A stretch of DNA of 64,000 bases from an archaeon (GCA_021792955.1 JAJYTP010000003.1:18037-82036); one strand, 5' to 3'; shown: positions 19,310-30,136, counted from the stretch's first letter. Notes: generated by a model from the sequence alone, not told the origin. A program made the numbers and translations.

Positions 19310-19637
19310 GGATTTGGAGGCAGCGGTAAAACATAAGCGTGCGGTACATATATTTCTCAACCGATGCAGGGCATCATTACGTGACTTAATAACAAAGGCA
19401 TTCCGCCTCTGAGATCGCGCCGATGCTTGATGTATAAAAGCGCGCTTTCCTAAATTTCATTTTTTATATGCCCATCGCGGTATAATTCCATGCGCGTCAA
19501 TTTAGTGAAGGTTAGATGAGATGAACAGGTACATAAAGGGGGAGTACTTCAAGGATCGCCCTAAGAAGGAACAATTTATCGAATCGGGAAGCAATCCCCC
19601 GACTGATGAATCCATTGATGTATAGCCCTCAGAGGGC

Positions 19638-20291
19638 TTATGCGCTTGGACCTTTCTTCTTGCGGGAGAAGAAGCCCAGCCAAAGAAGCAGTATACCGAT
19701 AAATTCCGCATAATAAAGGAATGCCGGGAATTGAACTATGTATAGCGTCCCTGCTATGCTTACAACCACCGTTCCAGCTATAATGGAAAGCATCTTCTTT
19801 GAATGAGTTCTCCAGTAGGTGACCGCGGCAACGGCCACGAGGACCACGGCAGCTGGGAATGTGATTATCGAGGATACCAGTGTAACCGATAATGGTAGCA
19901 GCCCGAAGACGACATAGCCAGTTATGATATCGCCTATATATGAAACGGCTACAAAGTAGAGAGCCGCCAAGGTCGAAAGTACGGTAAATATATAATACGA
20001 ATACCTTATCGCTCTGGAGCCGACTAGCTGGATAGAGCCAAGCGCTAGAAGTTCGACAAGCAAGGAGACCAAGAACAGATATGATTTTATCAACGGCTGG
20101 CTGTATATACCCAGGGCAAATACTATCTCCAGCATTACACTGATCGCAAATACCCACATCCCAGCGCTCCAGTACAAAAGGCTCCGTGTCTTCTTTGCAA
20201 CGTAATTCATCGTAAGATAGGCAGCCAGTATGGCGCTTAACACGAAGATCAGGCCTGTTGAAAACAGGACAAGAGACTGCTCAAACAGCAT
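19638..20291 (-). CDS. Multi-pass (about 7 TM) membrane protein
   Basis: About seven hydrophobic segments and a basic C-terminal tail. Confidence 0.8.
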   Translation of the reverse strand: MLFEQSLVLFSTGLIFVLSAILAAYLTMNYVAKKTRSLLYWSAGMWVFAISVMLEIVFALGIYSQPLIKSYLFLVSLLVELLALGSIQLVGSRAIRYSYYIFTVLSTLAALYFVAVSYIGDIITGYVVFGLLPLSVTLVSSIITFPAAVVLVAVAAVTYWRTHSKKMLSIIAGTVVVSIAGTLYIVQFPAFLYYAEFIGILLLWLGFFSRKKKGPSA

Positions 20292-20348
20292 GTAATGAGC
20301 GTCCTATCGGCCATTAATATACTGTTTGATTATATTGCATGGTTTGAT

Positions 20349-21185
20349 TTATTTAATCACAAGCTCCTCGGCTGTTTTCTTCTCGTCGATATATTCGTGG
20401 TAATCTTGCACGGGCGTCTCCAGTATCATGGGCCTCTGCTGTATTATTCCGTTGTTAAGAAATACCCCGAACCCCTTCCTTCCTATGAACCCCCTCCCGA
20501 TCCTAGCATGTCTATCAAGGCCTGATCCAAGCCCTTTCATAGAATCGTTAAGGTGAATCAACCTGAACCGCTTTAACCCAATGAACCTATCGATATCCTC
20601 TATCATGCCTAAAAGCCCTTTTTCTAAGGCCAGATCGTAACCAGCAGCGTAAGCATGGCATGTATCCAGCACCAGCCCTACGCGCTCATCCCCAACCTCA
20701 TTGATTATCCACCCTATATCCTCGAACCTGGACCCCACGCTATTGGCCTGTCCGGCCATATTTTCAAGCAAAACCATCGTACCTCCCGTCATGGAGCCGA
20801 GCGCCTTCCTTAGACAGGTAACTACCCGACTTTTACCGTAGTCAATCCCCTTGCCTAGATGGCTGCCTACGTGCGCAACTATAAAGTCGAGCTGCAACTG
20901 CTCAGCCCGCCTGATCTCTTCGGATAGGGAAGCTATCGACTTCTCAAATACGTCATCCCTTGGTGAAGCCAGATTGGGCAGATAGGGCATGTGTGAATTT
21001 ATTGAAACAAATCGGTTCCCCCTCTTTCTTTTAAATTCATCAGCGCCGTTAATTGGCGGGTACCCCCATCCCCTAGGGGATCTGGTGAAGATCTGAAACG
21101 TTTTGAACCCTAATTCATCAGCCCTATCTATCGAACTGTCTATACCGCCAGCAATTGGAAGGTGCGCACCGATGGTAATCTTCAT
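20349..21185 (-). CDS. nfo: Endonuclease IV
   Basis: IGAH, FQIF, HMPYLPNLAS, AHVGS, LLENMAG, LDTCH, HLNDS, DRH and LETP motifs. Confidence 0.95.
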   Translation of the reverse strand: MKITIGAHLPIAGGIDSSIDRADELGFKTFQIFTRSPRGWGYPPINGADEFKRKRGNRFVSINSHMPYLPNLASPRDDVFEKSIASLSEEIRRAEQLQLDFIVAHVGSHLGKGIDYGKSRVVTCLRKALGSMTGGTMVLLENMAGQANSVGSRFEDIGWIINEVGDERVGLVLDTCHAYAAGYDLALEKGLLGMIEDIDRFIGLKRFRLIHLNDSMKGLGSGLDRHARIGRGFIGRKGFGVFLNNGIIQQRPMILETPVQDYHEYIDEKKTAEELVIK

Positions 21186-21248
21186 ATGCGACCAGGCACA
21201 TACGTTCCTGAAATATCTTTCCCCTGATCTGTGTTCGCCGGTTTAAAT

Positions 21249-21677
21249 CTAGCTTTCATCCTTTTGCTGCTGCGCCTTCTGTTTCCTTGAAGCACGCTGT
21301 TTTGGCGCAGCCGCCGCATTTTCAACCGGCTGGCTCGTTGTATTATTTGCAGGTGGAGCTGCCGTTGTGTTTGTCTGTTCTGGTGGGGTGGCGGTCGCGT
21401 TTGACTGTGTTTCAGGTGCGACAACGGTGGTGGCTGGACTGTCCTGTCCTGCGGCGTCGGCCGGTTTGGATGGTTCTTCCACAATAGGCTTTGGCGCTGG
21501 GGTGGTCATAAGAGTGTAACCTATCCATGCCAGAATCACCAGCACCGCTGCGATCGCTATGAAAGCGGTTATCTGAAGTACTATCAGCGGAAAGTAGATA
21601 TCAACAAACGCATAAAATATAATTACTATTATGCTTGCAATCATTATAAGGGCGCCTAAGGCTTGATCTTTACTCAA
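21249..21677 (-). CDS. Small 2-TM archaeal membrane protein with a long low-complexity Ala/Thr/Pro/Gln tail
   Basis: MSKDQALG..WIGYTLMTTPAPKPI N-terminus with two TM segments, followed by a disordered tail. Confidence 0.75.
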   Translation of the reverse strand: MSKDQALGALIMIASIIVIIFYAFVDIYFPLIVLQITAFIAIAAVLVILAWIGYTLMTTPAPKPIVEEPSKPADAAGQDSPATTVVAPETQSNATATPPEQTNTTAAPPANNTTSQPVENAAAAPKQRASRKQKAQQQKDES

Positions 21678-21827
21678 ATTACATCGATGTATCCTTCTTT
21701 AAATTGGCTTAAATATCTTTCGTCGCTTCGGTTTATAATATCTTTTCATATGGTCATACCCATTATATCAATGAAACTCAGGCTGGTGCGGATAAGGATT
21801 TAAGAAGGTATATCTGTCCTTTTACAC

Positions 21828-22073
21828 GTGCGGCTGCGCCCCATCCTGCTGTTGTTTGGTTTCATGCTTATCATAGTTGGCATCATACTGGTCTTTATAG
21901 GTTCAATAAGTGGCGGCGCGAGCGTAGGGGGCGCGTTCTTTGTATTTCCAATTCCAATCATCATCGTCTTCGGTAAGGATAACGGATTGATCTATCCCAT
22001 TATAGTGCTGGCGTTGCTCTTCTTCCTGATAATGCTTGTGATCTCCATCTTAGGCTTCAGGCACGCGGATTGA
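21828..22073 (+). CDS. DUF131/TIGR00304-like membrane protein
   Basis: 'GGAFFVFPIPIIIVFG' motif and three hydrophobic segments. Confidence 0.7.
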   Translation: MRLRPILLLFGFMLIIVGIILVFIGSISGGASVGGAFFVFPIPIIIVFGKDNGLIYPIIVLALLFFLIMLVISILGFRHAD

Positions 22074-22075
22074 TA

Positions 22076-23899
22076 TCAGATGCCGAGTTTCCTCCTTACC
22101 TCTTCGTTTACAATGCTACCGTCTATCTTCCCTCGAACGCGCTCCATGACCCTTCCCATCAGGATTCCATACGCCTTTTTATTGTCCGTTCCCTTAAGCT
22201 TTTCCAGCTCCTCGGATATGATGGCACGCAGGTCGTCGGTTGAGATACCGGTTAGCCCTAGCCTTTTGATGGATTCCTTAACCGACAGGCCATCCTTGAG
22301 AGAAATGCGTAGTATCTCGGCGATGGCCTCCTTTCCTATCGACCCCTTATTCAGCAGGTCAAATACCTCAAATACGCTATCCCTTTGAAGCTGGCCAAGC
22401 CCTTCACGTCTGAGCATTATGGCTACCTCCGTGAGCGTTGCGGCCACTATCGATGGAGGCATATCATACCTCTCCATCGCCTCGGTGAACCAGTTCAGAT
22501 AATCGGAATCAAGGATGTTCACTGCCAGATCCCTAGATAACTGATATTTCTCCATGAACTCCTTGACGGTCTGGTCCCAGTCCTTTATCTGCAGGCTGAA
22601 TTCCCGTTTCATAGCCTCTGAAACTACAGTTGTAGGTATGTCGGTCTCTGGATACATCCTGGAGGAGCCGGGCCTTGGCCTGAGGAACCGTGTCGAACCA
22701 TCGGCCATCGCCATTCTGGTTTCCGATGGAGGGCCCCTGAGTGCCATCATAAGCCTTGCCCTAAGGCTCTTAAGACAGCTGACTGCGGCCTCCCTTTCTC
22801 CCTTCAAAATGATATAAGCATCGCCGTCTCTTATGTTCATTGCTGCCGATATCCTCTCCATGGCGGCTTCGTCTATGTTATAGGCCGGTAGCTCATCAGA
22901 ATGAATGACGCCGTTGAACCCCATGAACCTTGAGATATCCGCCAAGTCCTTGCCAAGCCTTCCATCCTTAACCTTTTCCCTCTTCAGGAGGCCTGAGAAG
23001 CCGGGCGCCCTTAGGCAGAACGCCCTTAGGTTTCCCTTCAGCCCTTCCCCAAGCATATCGGTTATGTCAAGGGGCTCCCCCTCAAAGTCCTTCTCCGATA
23101 CCCCTCTCTGCTTGAGTATTTCTGCAAGCTCTACCAGCCACAGTTGCCTCCCTTGTTCATACGATATGACCTTGCTTATAGTTTCAAGCTTCTGCACACC
23201 TTTGACCTCTACAATGCCGCTTTCGCCCACAGAAACGTTAACGTCCTGCCTTATGGTTCCGAGGCCGCTTGCAAACAGCCCCGTCAGTTTAAGCGTCCGG
23301 CCCAGAGATTCAGCCATTGATTGTACATCCTCAGATTTCATTTCCACCGGCTCGAGCGCGATCTCCACCAGTGGGATGCCCAGCCTGTCAAGATCGTATT
23401 TTGGACCTGCAGCGGTCCTTTCGATCAGCCTTGCAGCATCCTCCTCAAGGCATATTGATTGGACGCCAACCGATGTGCCCTTATATCCGAACGCGCCTCC
23501 AAGGGCTACTACCGCAGTCCTCTGGAAGCCGGCCGTGTTGGAGCCATCTATAACCGTCTTGCGCATGACGTGAATTTCGTCCATGATATCGGACTGAAAG
23601 ATATTGGCGGTTATTATCGCCGTCCTCAGCGCCTCCTCATTGAGGGGGTGTGGCGGCTCTTCATCGGCCTCCACCAGACAGCTGGTTCCCTCTTCGCTTA
23701 CATAATCTATGACTACGTTCTTTCTCATTTCAAACTCTGCCGCCGGGTCCAAGGTTCCGAGTTCCCCAGCGGTAGCACGGAGCACCCTCCTGAATTCAAC
23801 CCTTCCCTGCCCTGCCTGCGGATCTGGGCAGTTGCAGAACAGCTTGTGTTGCGTGTTTAACTGAAGGTGTATTTCCAGCCCTACCCTAATCCTGCTCAA
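22076..23899 (-). CDS. gatE: Glu-tRNA(Gln) amidotransferase subunit E
   Basis: GLEIHLQL..KLFC, RKTVIDGSNTAGFQRT, GTIRQDVNVS and RMYPETD. Likely start is TTG 23899, overlapping the gatD stop. Confidence 0.96.
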   Translation of the reverse strand: MSRIRVGLEIHLQLNTQHKLFCNCPDPQAGQGRVEFRRVLRATAGELGTLDPAAEFEMRKNVVIDYVSEEGTSCLVEADEEPPHPLNEEALRTAIITANIFQSDIMDEIHVMRKTVIDGSNTAGFQRTAVVALGGAFGYKGTSVGVQSICLEEDAARLIERTAAGPKYDLDRLGIPLVEIALEPVEMKSEDVQSMAESLGRTLKLTGLFASGLGTIRQDVNVSVGESGIVEVKGVQKLETISKVISYEQGRQLWLVELAEILKQRGVSEKDFEGEPLDITDMLGEGLKGNLRAFCLRAPGFSGLLKREKVKDGRLGKDLADISRFMGFNGVIHSDELPAYNIDEAAMERISAAMNIRDGDAYIILKGEREAAVSCLKSLRARLMMALRGPPSETRMAMADGSTRFLRPRPGSSRMYPETDIPTTVVSEAMKREFSLQIKDWDQTVKEFMEKYQLSRDLAVNILDSDYLNWFTEAMERYDMPPSIVAATLTEVAIMLRREGLGQLQRDSVFEVFDLLNKGSIGKEAIAEILRISLKDGLSVKESIKRLGLTGISTDDLRAIISEELEKLKGTDNKKAYGILMGRVMERVRGKIDGSIVNEEVRRKLGI

Positions 23900-25157
23900 C
23901 CGACAACCACCTCCTTCCGGTGACCTCTCCTCGAAGGTCCAATGGCATTTGTCCTGTGGCGTTGAGCCCATTGCCCAGCACCCACATGGATTTTGCCAGC
24001 GCTACTTCAGAAAGCATATCGCCCAGCGGAACTACACCGGCGGACAGCAGGTCACGCCCGGTTTCATAGACGTTCAAGTTCACCGACCCCCAGATACACT
24101 GGGATGTCATCCCAAAGAATACCCCCTTCTTGATCCCTTCCGTTATGGGCTGGATAAGGTCTTCAGAAACGTGGCCTAGCCCGCCGCCCTCAATTATTAT
24201 GGCCCTGACGCCCTCGTCCACCAGGAATTTAAAGTAACTCCCTTTCATGCCAGGGAAGAACTTCACCAGTGCTGCACGATCATCGAAGTTAGGCCTCACG
24301 ATGAATTCCCCCTTGCCCCCTATGACCGTGTTTTCGTTAAGGGCCAGGCCCTTGATATAGGCTACAGGCCGCCTATTGACCGAGTGAAATGCGTTTCTCC
24401 GGCTGGTATGGTTCTTTCTGACACGGACCCCCAAATGGATAGCGATGGAATCATCGCTCAGTCCAGAATGCATGGCAATGAACACCCCCCTTGACCGTGA
24501 AGATGAAGCGAATTTGAAGGCGCCAATAAGGTTGGTCGCAGCATCTGATGACGGGCGATCAGAGGACCTCTGTGAGCCCACCAGCACCACCGGCCCTGGC
24601 GGATTTTCAAGTGCGAAGGAAAGCGCCGCGGCGGTGTAGTGCATGGTATCCGTTCCGTGGGCTATAACCACGCCCCTGAACCCGGCTAGAAAGGCCTCCT
24701 GCACCGCTTTGGCGATCACAGTCCAGTCCGATGGCCTGATGTTCTCACTAAGAACGCTCATGAGCGACCTTATTGAAAAGGAAGCTATAGATCCAAGCTC
24801 CGGTATAAGCGCCGCTAACTCCTTAGAAGAAAACGCCGGCTTGACGGCCCCGGTCCTGTAATCAACCCTGCTTGCTATTGTCCCGCCGGTGCTTAGCAGT
24901 AGTATATCACCGTGAATTTGGCCGCCCTCACTGGGGATTACCGTGGCTTCGCTGCCCTTGGCTTCATCGCCGCGCTTGATTACACTGGATTCCAGTATCC
25001 TGTCCAGCGACAGGCCTATATTGTAGCCGTTCTTCAACTTGATTGTTATATGCTCCGGCCCTTCATACTGGGTCCTTGGCATGACCAGTCCTTCGTAAGA
25101 TTGGCTCTTTACCTTGATCCTGACAAGATCCCCCGGTTTAAAATCGATTGTATTCAA
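23886..25157 (-). CDS. gatD: Glu-tRNA(Gln) amidotransferase subunit D
   Basis: KLKNGYNIG, STGGTIASRVDYRTG, HGTDTM, GSQRSSDRPSSD and RKNHTSRR. Confidence 0.97.
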   Translation of the reverse strand: MNTIDFKPGDLVRIKVKSQSYEGLVMPRTQYEGPEHITIKLKNGYNIGLSLDRILESSVIKRGDEAKGSEATVIPSEGGQIHGDILLLSTGGTIASRVDYRTGAVKPAFSSKELAALIPELGSIASFSIRSLMSVLSENIRPSDWTVIAKAVQEAFLAGFRGVVIAHGTDTMHYTAAALSFALENPPGPVVLVGSQRSSDRPSSDAATNLIGAFKFASSSRSRGVFIAMHSGLSDDSIAIHLGVRVRKNHTSRRNAFHSVNRRPVAYIKGLALNENTVIGGKGEFIVRPNFDDRAALVKFFPGMKGSYFKFLVDEGVRAIIIEGGGLGHVSEDLIQPITEGIKKGVFFGMTSQCIWGSVNLNVYETGRDLLSAGVVPLGDMLSEVALAKSMWVLGNGLNATGQMPLDLRGEVTGRRWLSVEQD

Positions 25158-25339
25158 TGACCCCGTTCTATGGGATATATCCTTTTAACCATATCGCTGT
25201 CCCGCCATCTTCTCCCTCACAGGTCCTTTTCTAGTGGATACGCGAGCCGATAACCACTGGTTAAGGCATCCTCCGGACCGTCATCCTTCAGCTGAGCCAC
25301 CGTAAAACGCTTATATATTAACTGGTTTCATTCAGGACT

Positions 25340-25873
25340 ATGCTGCCCGATCTGAGCGAGCTGAGGGAAATGCGTAATGAACTGGGGTTAAGCGTCCAGC
25401 AGCTTTCAAGGGCATTGAACATACCGGAAAGGACCATACTCATGATAGAAGGGGGAAAAACCTGCAGGTCCTATGCGACCATCAAGAAGATCTTCGATTT
25501 CCTTGAAGCCAGTAAGGCCGGTGACAGGAGGATAGTTCGAGAGATAGCAAATACCGGAATAGTCTGGGGCAATCCGACCATGAAGGTTAAGGAGGCGATG
25601 GGCGTCCTGCTGGAGAGGGGCTTCTCTCAGTTGCCTGTAAAGGATAAATTTGGAAGGGTGGTGGGTATAGTAGGCGAAAAGAAGCTCCTGGATGCAAAAA
25701 ACGGCGAGGAGCCCATAATGGACTTCCTGAGCGATGACTTCATCATAGTTGATGGCCAGATGCCTGCGCGCATAGCCAGGGACCTGCTTAAACATTTATC
25801 CGTCATCCTTGTCAATGATCGAGGGTCGATTTCAGGAATAGTAACGAGGTCGGACTACCTTAAGAGCCTGTGA
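25340..25873 (+). CDS. HTH (XRE) + CBS-pair transcriptional regulator
   Basis: N-terminal 'LREMRNELGLSVQQLS..IEGG' HTH; CBS motifs FSQLPV and GIVTRSD. Confidence 0.88.
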   Translation: MLPDLSELREMRNELGLSVQQLSRALNIPERTILMIEGGKTCRSYATIKKIFDFLEASKAGDRRIVREIANTGIVWGNPTMKVKEAMGVLLERGFSQLPVKDKFGRVVGIVGEKKLLDAKNGEEPIMDFLSDDFIIVDGQMPARIARDLLKHLSVILVNDRGSISGIVTRSDYLKSL

Positions 25874-25988
25874 TACAGCAAATGAGAAATTTCGTTTATT
25901 GTACGCCGCATGCCCTGCGGCATAAGTGGGGGTCGCCATCTGTCGCATCAATTGTTAATAAGGGGAACAACGTTGGGGGATTGAACAG

Positions 25989-26705
25989 TTGAAGGAATTC
26001 TGGTTCATGGGCCATAACGATTACATCAACCTGCTTTATCTTCCCTACACCGCGATAGTATTCAGTTTCATAATAGATGGGATGGTACTTTCCGGGGTCC
26101 CTGATATCATGGGCGATATCCTGCTGCTGGTGGCATATTTCTTCGGCCTGGGCATTTCGGCCCATTATCTCAACGAAGCATATTCCCACAGGCTGATGGA
26201 TAGGGGGAGGGCATCGGTTCTCAAGATCATAGGGACAGCGTCTCTTATAGTAGCGGCTGGCCTAGGAGGCTATCTGGTGGTAACGCTCTCAAACGTACCT
26301 CTGATAATAATAGGCATAATCGAAGTGCTGGCTGTAATATTATATAACCATCCCAGGTTTAACTCGGCCCATAATGACTTCTTCTTTTCAGTTGCCTGGG
26401 GAGGGCTTCCATCGCTCGCAGGATTTATGCTTGGCCACGAAGTGATTACGGTAAGCGCTCTAGCCCTGTTCGCAGTGACCTCCATCTTGGGCTCCCTGGA
26501 AATAACGCCTAGCAGGCATGTAAAATACTGGAGACGCAGGGATGCGGATATTGAGAAGGTGGTGTTTAAGGACGGAAAGGAAATGCAGTCAAGCATCGAA
26601 CTGATGATCAAAAGGCCTGAGAGGTCCATCAAGCTCCTGAGCGTGCTTTGCTACATCATGCCAGTCCTTCTCTATCTGGTTATTTATAGCCGCTTGACCA
26701 TATAA
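25989..26705 (+). CDS. Multi-pass membrane protein, possibly UbiA-like
   Basis: About 8 TM segments; AHYLNE and AWGGLP motifs. Converges on and overlaps the elp3 3' end. Confidence 0.7.
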   Translation: MKEFWFMGHNDYINLLYLPYTAIVFSFIIDGMVLSGVPDIMGDILLLVAYFFGLGISAHYLNEAYSHRLMDRGRASVLKIIGTASLIVAAGLGGYLVVTLSNVPLIIIGIIEVLAVILYNHPRFNSAHNDFFFSVAWGGLPSLAGFMLGHEVITVSALALFAVTSILGSLEITPSRHVKYWRRRDADIEKVVFKDGKEMQSSIELMIKRPERSIKLLSVLCYIMPVLLYLVIYSRLTI

Positions 26706-28267
26706 GGGCCCTCGAGGTAATACCCCAGGCGCTGGTAGTAAGCCCTAGTTCCCACTGCGCTTATAACTACCGCCTTCCTCCTGCCGAACTCCTCACGCGC
26801 GATCCGCTCGGCCTCCTCCATCAGATTTTTCCCTATTCCCCTGTGCTGCCACTGGTCCTCATCCCTCTCCCCAAAGCCCAGCTCTTTGCCGTACACCCTT
26901 AATTCCCTTATCAGCACAGCATCCTTTCCCCTGATCTCTTCCCTGTGCGCGCTGTCTGTGGGGATCCTGAGCCTGAGGAAGCCAGCTATATGGCTTTCTT
27001 CATCTTCCCACGAAAGGAAGACCTCCGACCCTCCAGATGCGGGGTAATCGATCCGTTTCATCCTGAAGGAATCAGGGTTAACAGCGCTTATTCCGTTTAG
27101 CCCGACCTCCCTGCACCGTATGCAATTACATCTCTTTCCGTCAGCCTTCAACCTTCTGTGAACCAGTTCCCTGAGGTTGCCGGCCGTGACCCCGCCCTCG
27201 ATCATATAAGCCGGTATATCCCTCTGAATTCTCATGATCCTTATCCAAGGCGGCACGATCTCCTTTACCTTGGCCAGAAGCTCTACCGCGCCCCCTTCAT
27301 CAAGCGGCCTGTAAAGGCCTTTGGAATACATATCATAGAGCTTAGCGGTCCTGATCACAAGCGTAGGATAGATTTTTAGCATGTCCGGCTTGAAGTCATC
27401 TTCAAAAAAGAGCCTCTTAAATGATACAAGATCCCGTTCGGGGCTTGTGAACGGAAGCCCAGGCATCATATGTGCTACGATCTTGAACCCCGCGTCCTTG
27501 GCTACCCTGAAAGCCTCTCTGATGTCCTTCACCGTATTGCCTCGATGCACCTTTAATAGCACTTCGTCATCTAGGATCTGGACGCCCAGCTCCACCCTTG
27601 TGGCGCCGTAATCCAGCATTAAATCCACGTGCCGCTCTCGGCAAAAATCCGGCCTGGTTTCAAACGTCAGGCCTACGCAACGCCGTGCCGCGTTAACGTT
27701 CCTCTCCATGGCGGCCTTCATACTTTCGCTGACATCACCGTTCAGCCCATCGTATATACCCTTGATAAACGACCTCTGGTAATCGTCTGGGAAGCTGAGA
27801 AACGTGCCTCCCATTACCACCACTTCGCTCTTCGAAGTCCTGTGCCCTAACGCCTCCAGTTGCCCTACCCTGCTCCTAACCTGCATGAACGGGTCATAGT
27901 TGTTCTGAGCGCCGCGCATTGCAGCCGGCTCCTTTCCCGTGTAGGATTTTGGGGAGTCGAAGTCTACACCACCCGGGCAGTATATGCACTGGGCCTGTGG
28001 CGGGCAGGGCATGGGCTTCGACATAACAGCTATAACGGAAATTCCGGATAGGTTGCGCACCTGCTTGATCTTCAGCGGGGTTAACATCAGCTTCCTGTCA
28101 TATCCTGATTGCTGTAATACTTCCGAGTTCTTTGGAACCCGTGTTAGCCCGTATTTTCTTGTTACGCTGAGCTTTATTCTCTCTATTTCATCTGCATCTA
28201 GATGCTCGTGTTTAAGGAGCATTTCTGATATTTCCAGCAACGCCTTCTGATAAGACACGGTTCTCAA
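26684..28267 (-). CDS. elp3: Elp3 radical-SAM/GNAT tRNA U34 acetyltransferase
   Basis: C..CIYCPGG, KSYTGKEPA, ETRPD, LKIYPT, RIQRDIP, CIRCRE and QHRGIG. Confidence 0.97.
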   Translation of the reverse strand: MRTVSYQKALLEISEMLLKHEHLDADEIERIKLSVTRKYGLTRVPKNSEVLQQSGYDRKLMLTPLKIKQVRNLSGISVIAVMSKPMPCPPQAQCIYCPGGVDFDSPKSYTGKEPAAMRGAQNNYDPFMQVRSRVGQLEALGHRTSKSEVVVMGGTFLSFPDDYQRSFIKGIYDGLNGDVSESMKAAMERNVNAARRCVGLTFETRPDFCRERHVDLMLDYGATRVELGVQILDDEVLLKVHRGNTVKDIREAFRVAKDAGFKIVAHMMPGLPFTSPERDLVSFKRLFFEDDFKPDMLKIYPTLVIRTAKLYDMYSKGLYRPLDEGGAVELLAKVKEIVPPWIRIMRIQRDIPAYMIEGGVTAGNLRELVHRRLKADGKRCNCIRCREVGLNGISAVNPDSFRMKRIDYPASGGSEVFLSWEDEESHIAGFLRLRIPTDSAHREEIRGKDAVLIRELRVYGKELGFGERDEDQWQHRGIGKNLMEEAERIAREEFGRRKAVVISAVGTRAYYQRLGYYLEGPYMVKRL

Positions 28268-28707
28268 AGCTTATTTTCAGTTAATTATTTAACTTTTGTG
28301 CGATATTTGACTTCAAGACCAAGTCTGCAGATGATTTATAGGCGCGGCAGCGTACGTGTGCAACCGGCCTGTCCGTGCCGCACACCTTTTACCTTATCGC
28401 TCCAAGAGCTTCTCCGGAGCCATCCTATCCACGATTTCTCCAGTCTTTTATCATAGGTGGTCAAGCGGCAGCGTATAAATTGGCTTGTATCAGCTCAGAA
28501 GTGGGTCACCATCCTTGATAGCCGGCTCGATAGCCGGCTCTAGAGCCGTCATAACATCTCACTATCGCTTTTTGCTAATTATATCCGTGGGCAGGGATGG
28601 GCATACCCGAGTTTGCGCCCTTGGAGATGCCTCTGGCGATATATCAGACAGATGTAGGTCATATCTGGGAAACGTTAATTAAAAGCCATGTCATGTAAAG
28701 TCAGAAT

Positions 28708-29142
28708 ATGAAGATGGTGGATATATCGGACAAAAGGGAGGTAAGCAGAAGGGCCACCGCGATCGGTGAAATCAAGTTGAAACAAGAAACTTGCACGCTG
28801 ATCAAGGCTGGGAAGATTGAGAAAGGGGACCCATTGACGGTTGCAGAAATTTCTGCAATAAATGGCGTAAAGGAGTCATCAAGGCTGCTGACCTTCTCGC
28901 ACCAGATACCCCTGGAGTCGGTTACGGCGCAGGCCAAGTTAACGGATTCTGGCGCAAGCCTAGTCGTTAGCGCGTCAGCCCATTACAGAACGGGGGTCGA
29001 AATGGATGCGCTGACAGGCGTCGCTATAGGGCTTTTGAACCTCTGGGATATGGTCAAGAAATATGAAAAGGATGAAGAAGGGCAATACCCCTCCACGGTA
29101 GTGCATAACCTCCGCGTGCTAGAGAAGGTCAAGGAAAAATGA
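28708..29142 (+). CDS. moaC: Cyclic pyranopterin monophosphate synthase
   Basis: MVDISDK, KGD, HQIPL, TGVEMDAL and WDMVK. Confidence 0.93.
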   Translation: MKMVDISDKREVSRRATAIGEIKLKQETCTLIKAGKIEKGDPLTVAEISAINGVKESSRLLTFSHQIPLESVTAQAKLTDSGASLVVSASAHYRTGVEMDALTGVAIGLLNLWDMVKKYEKDEEGQYPSTVVHNLRVLEKVKEK

Positions 29143-29732
29143 GCAAGCACTTGTCAGGCAAAAATCAGGAACGCATGGAGCGGGCTGAACACCGGTCCAC
29201 TGCACAGTTGCGGTCGGAGCACGGTCATCACGATAAGGACGTATTTACCCATATTCACTGTTCCCTGATTACCGTAAGTACGTCCAGGTATGAGGGGCTG
29301 CAGAACGGAAAAAGGCTTAAGGATGAAAGCGGGGATATGCTGGAGAAGCTGCTTAAAGGAGCGGGGCACAAGGTGGCGTCTAGGACGCTGGTACCTGATT
29401 CTATAGCTCAAATAAGAAGCGCGGTACTATCGGCTGCGCGTCTGAGGGATGTAAAGCTGATCGTCCTAGTGGGTGGCACCGGTATGTCACGAACCGATGT
29501 CACCTATGATGCCATAAGGCCTCTGTTCCAACGTGAAATGTTCGGGTTCGGTGAAGCTTTCCGTTCAGCCAGCATCTTACAGGTGGGGCTGGACGGTATG
29601 TTCACTAGGGCGGCCCTCGGAATAACCGACGATGACAAGGTCTTGGTATCGCTGCCAGGGTCTATCAACGGCGTCCGGACCGGGTCGGAGCTTCTGGTTA
29701 AGATAATCCCGCATCTTATGTCATTTATATAG
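29139..29732 (+). CDS. moaB: Molybdopterin adenylyltransferase, MoaB/Mog family
   Basis: ITVSTSR, DESG, VPD, GGTG..DVT and SLPGS. Confidence 0.88.
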   Translation: MSKHLSGKNQERMERAEHRSTAQLRSEHGHHDKDVFTHIHCSLITVSTSRYEGLQNGKRLKDESGDMLEKLLKGAGHKVASRTLVPDSIAQIRSAVLSAARLRDVKLIVLVGGTGMSRTDVTYDAIRPLFQREMFGFGEAFRSASILQVGLDGMFTRAALGITDDDKVLVSLPGSINGVRTGSELLVKIIPHLMSFI

Positions 29733-29812
29733 TAAACCCAAATAAGTTGGTGGCATCGAACCATTTGCGCAATTTGTTACATTTCTCCTCACAAAGGGCT
29801 TAGAAGCTAGGC

Positions 29813-30136
29813 ATGGAAGCAAAGTATTTTAATGGCGCTAAGGTTAGAATGATGATCTACTTGGCCAAAAGGACCTTTACTATAGAGATGAGCGATCAGA
29901 CTATACAGATCGATGGATATGACCATAGGAAGGTGCTTATCAAATATCTGATGAAAAGAAGGAGGAGCCTCCTGTCAACTAGGGATCCTAAGAAGGTAGA
30001 GCTCCTGTGGGAGAAATTGCCGAAGAAGGCCACCGTCAAAAGCGTCAGAGAATCCAAAACCTTTGACATAAATTGGAAGCTTAAGGGGGAAGGGGAATTG
30101 ACGGGCGCCAGATTTGTGTTTGACCTCGTACCTTAA
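29813..30136 (+). CDS. Basic hypothetical protein
   Basis: 107 aa ORF with ATG start and host-like codon usage; no recognised motif. Confidence 0.6.
   Translation: MEAKYFNGAKVRMMIYLAKRTFTIEMSDQTIQIDGYDHRKVLIKYLMKRRRSLLSTRDPKKVELLWEKLPKKATVKSVRESKTFDINWKLKGEGELTGARFVFDLVP

Noticed and set aside
19576..20157. 193-aa Cys-rich minus-strand ORF
   Set aside because: Alternative frame overlapping the more convincing 7-TM gene 19638-20291.
22905..23573. 222-aa plus-strand ORF
   Set aside because: Ser-rich antisense shadow of gatE with no motifs. The many similar antisense ORFs over the nuo, abcE1, elp3 and por genes were rejected for the same reason.
28519..28542. Perfect 12-bp tandem duplication GATAGCCGGCTC in the elp3-moaC intergenic region
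   Set aside because: Only two copies, and no supportable ORF or RNA around it; most likely replication slippage.
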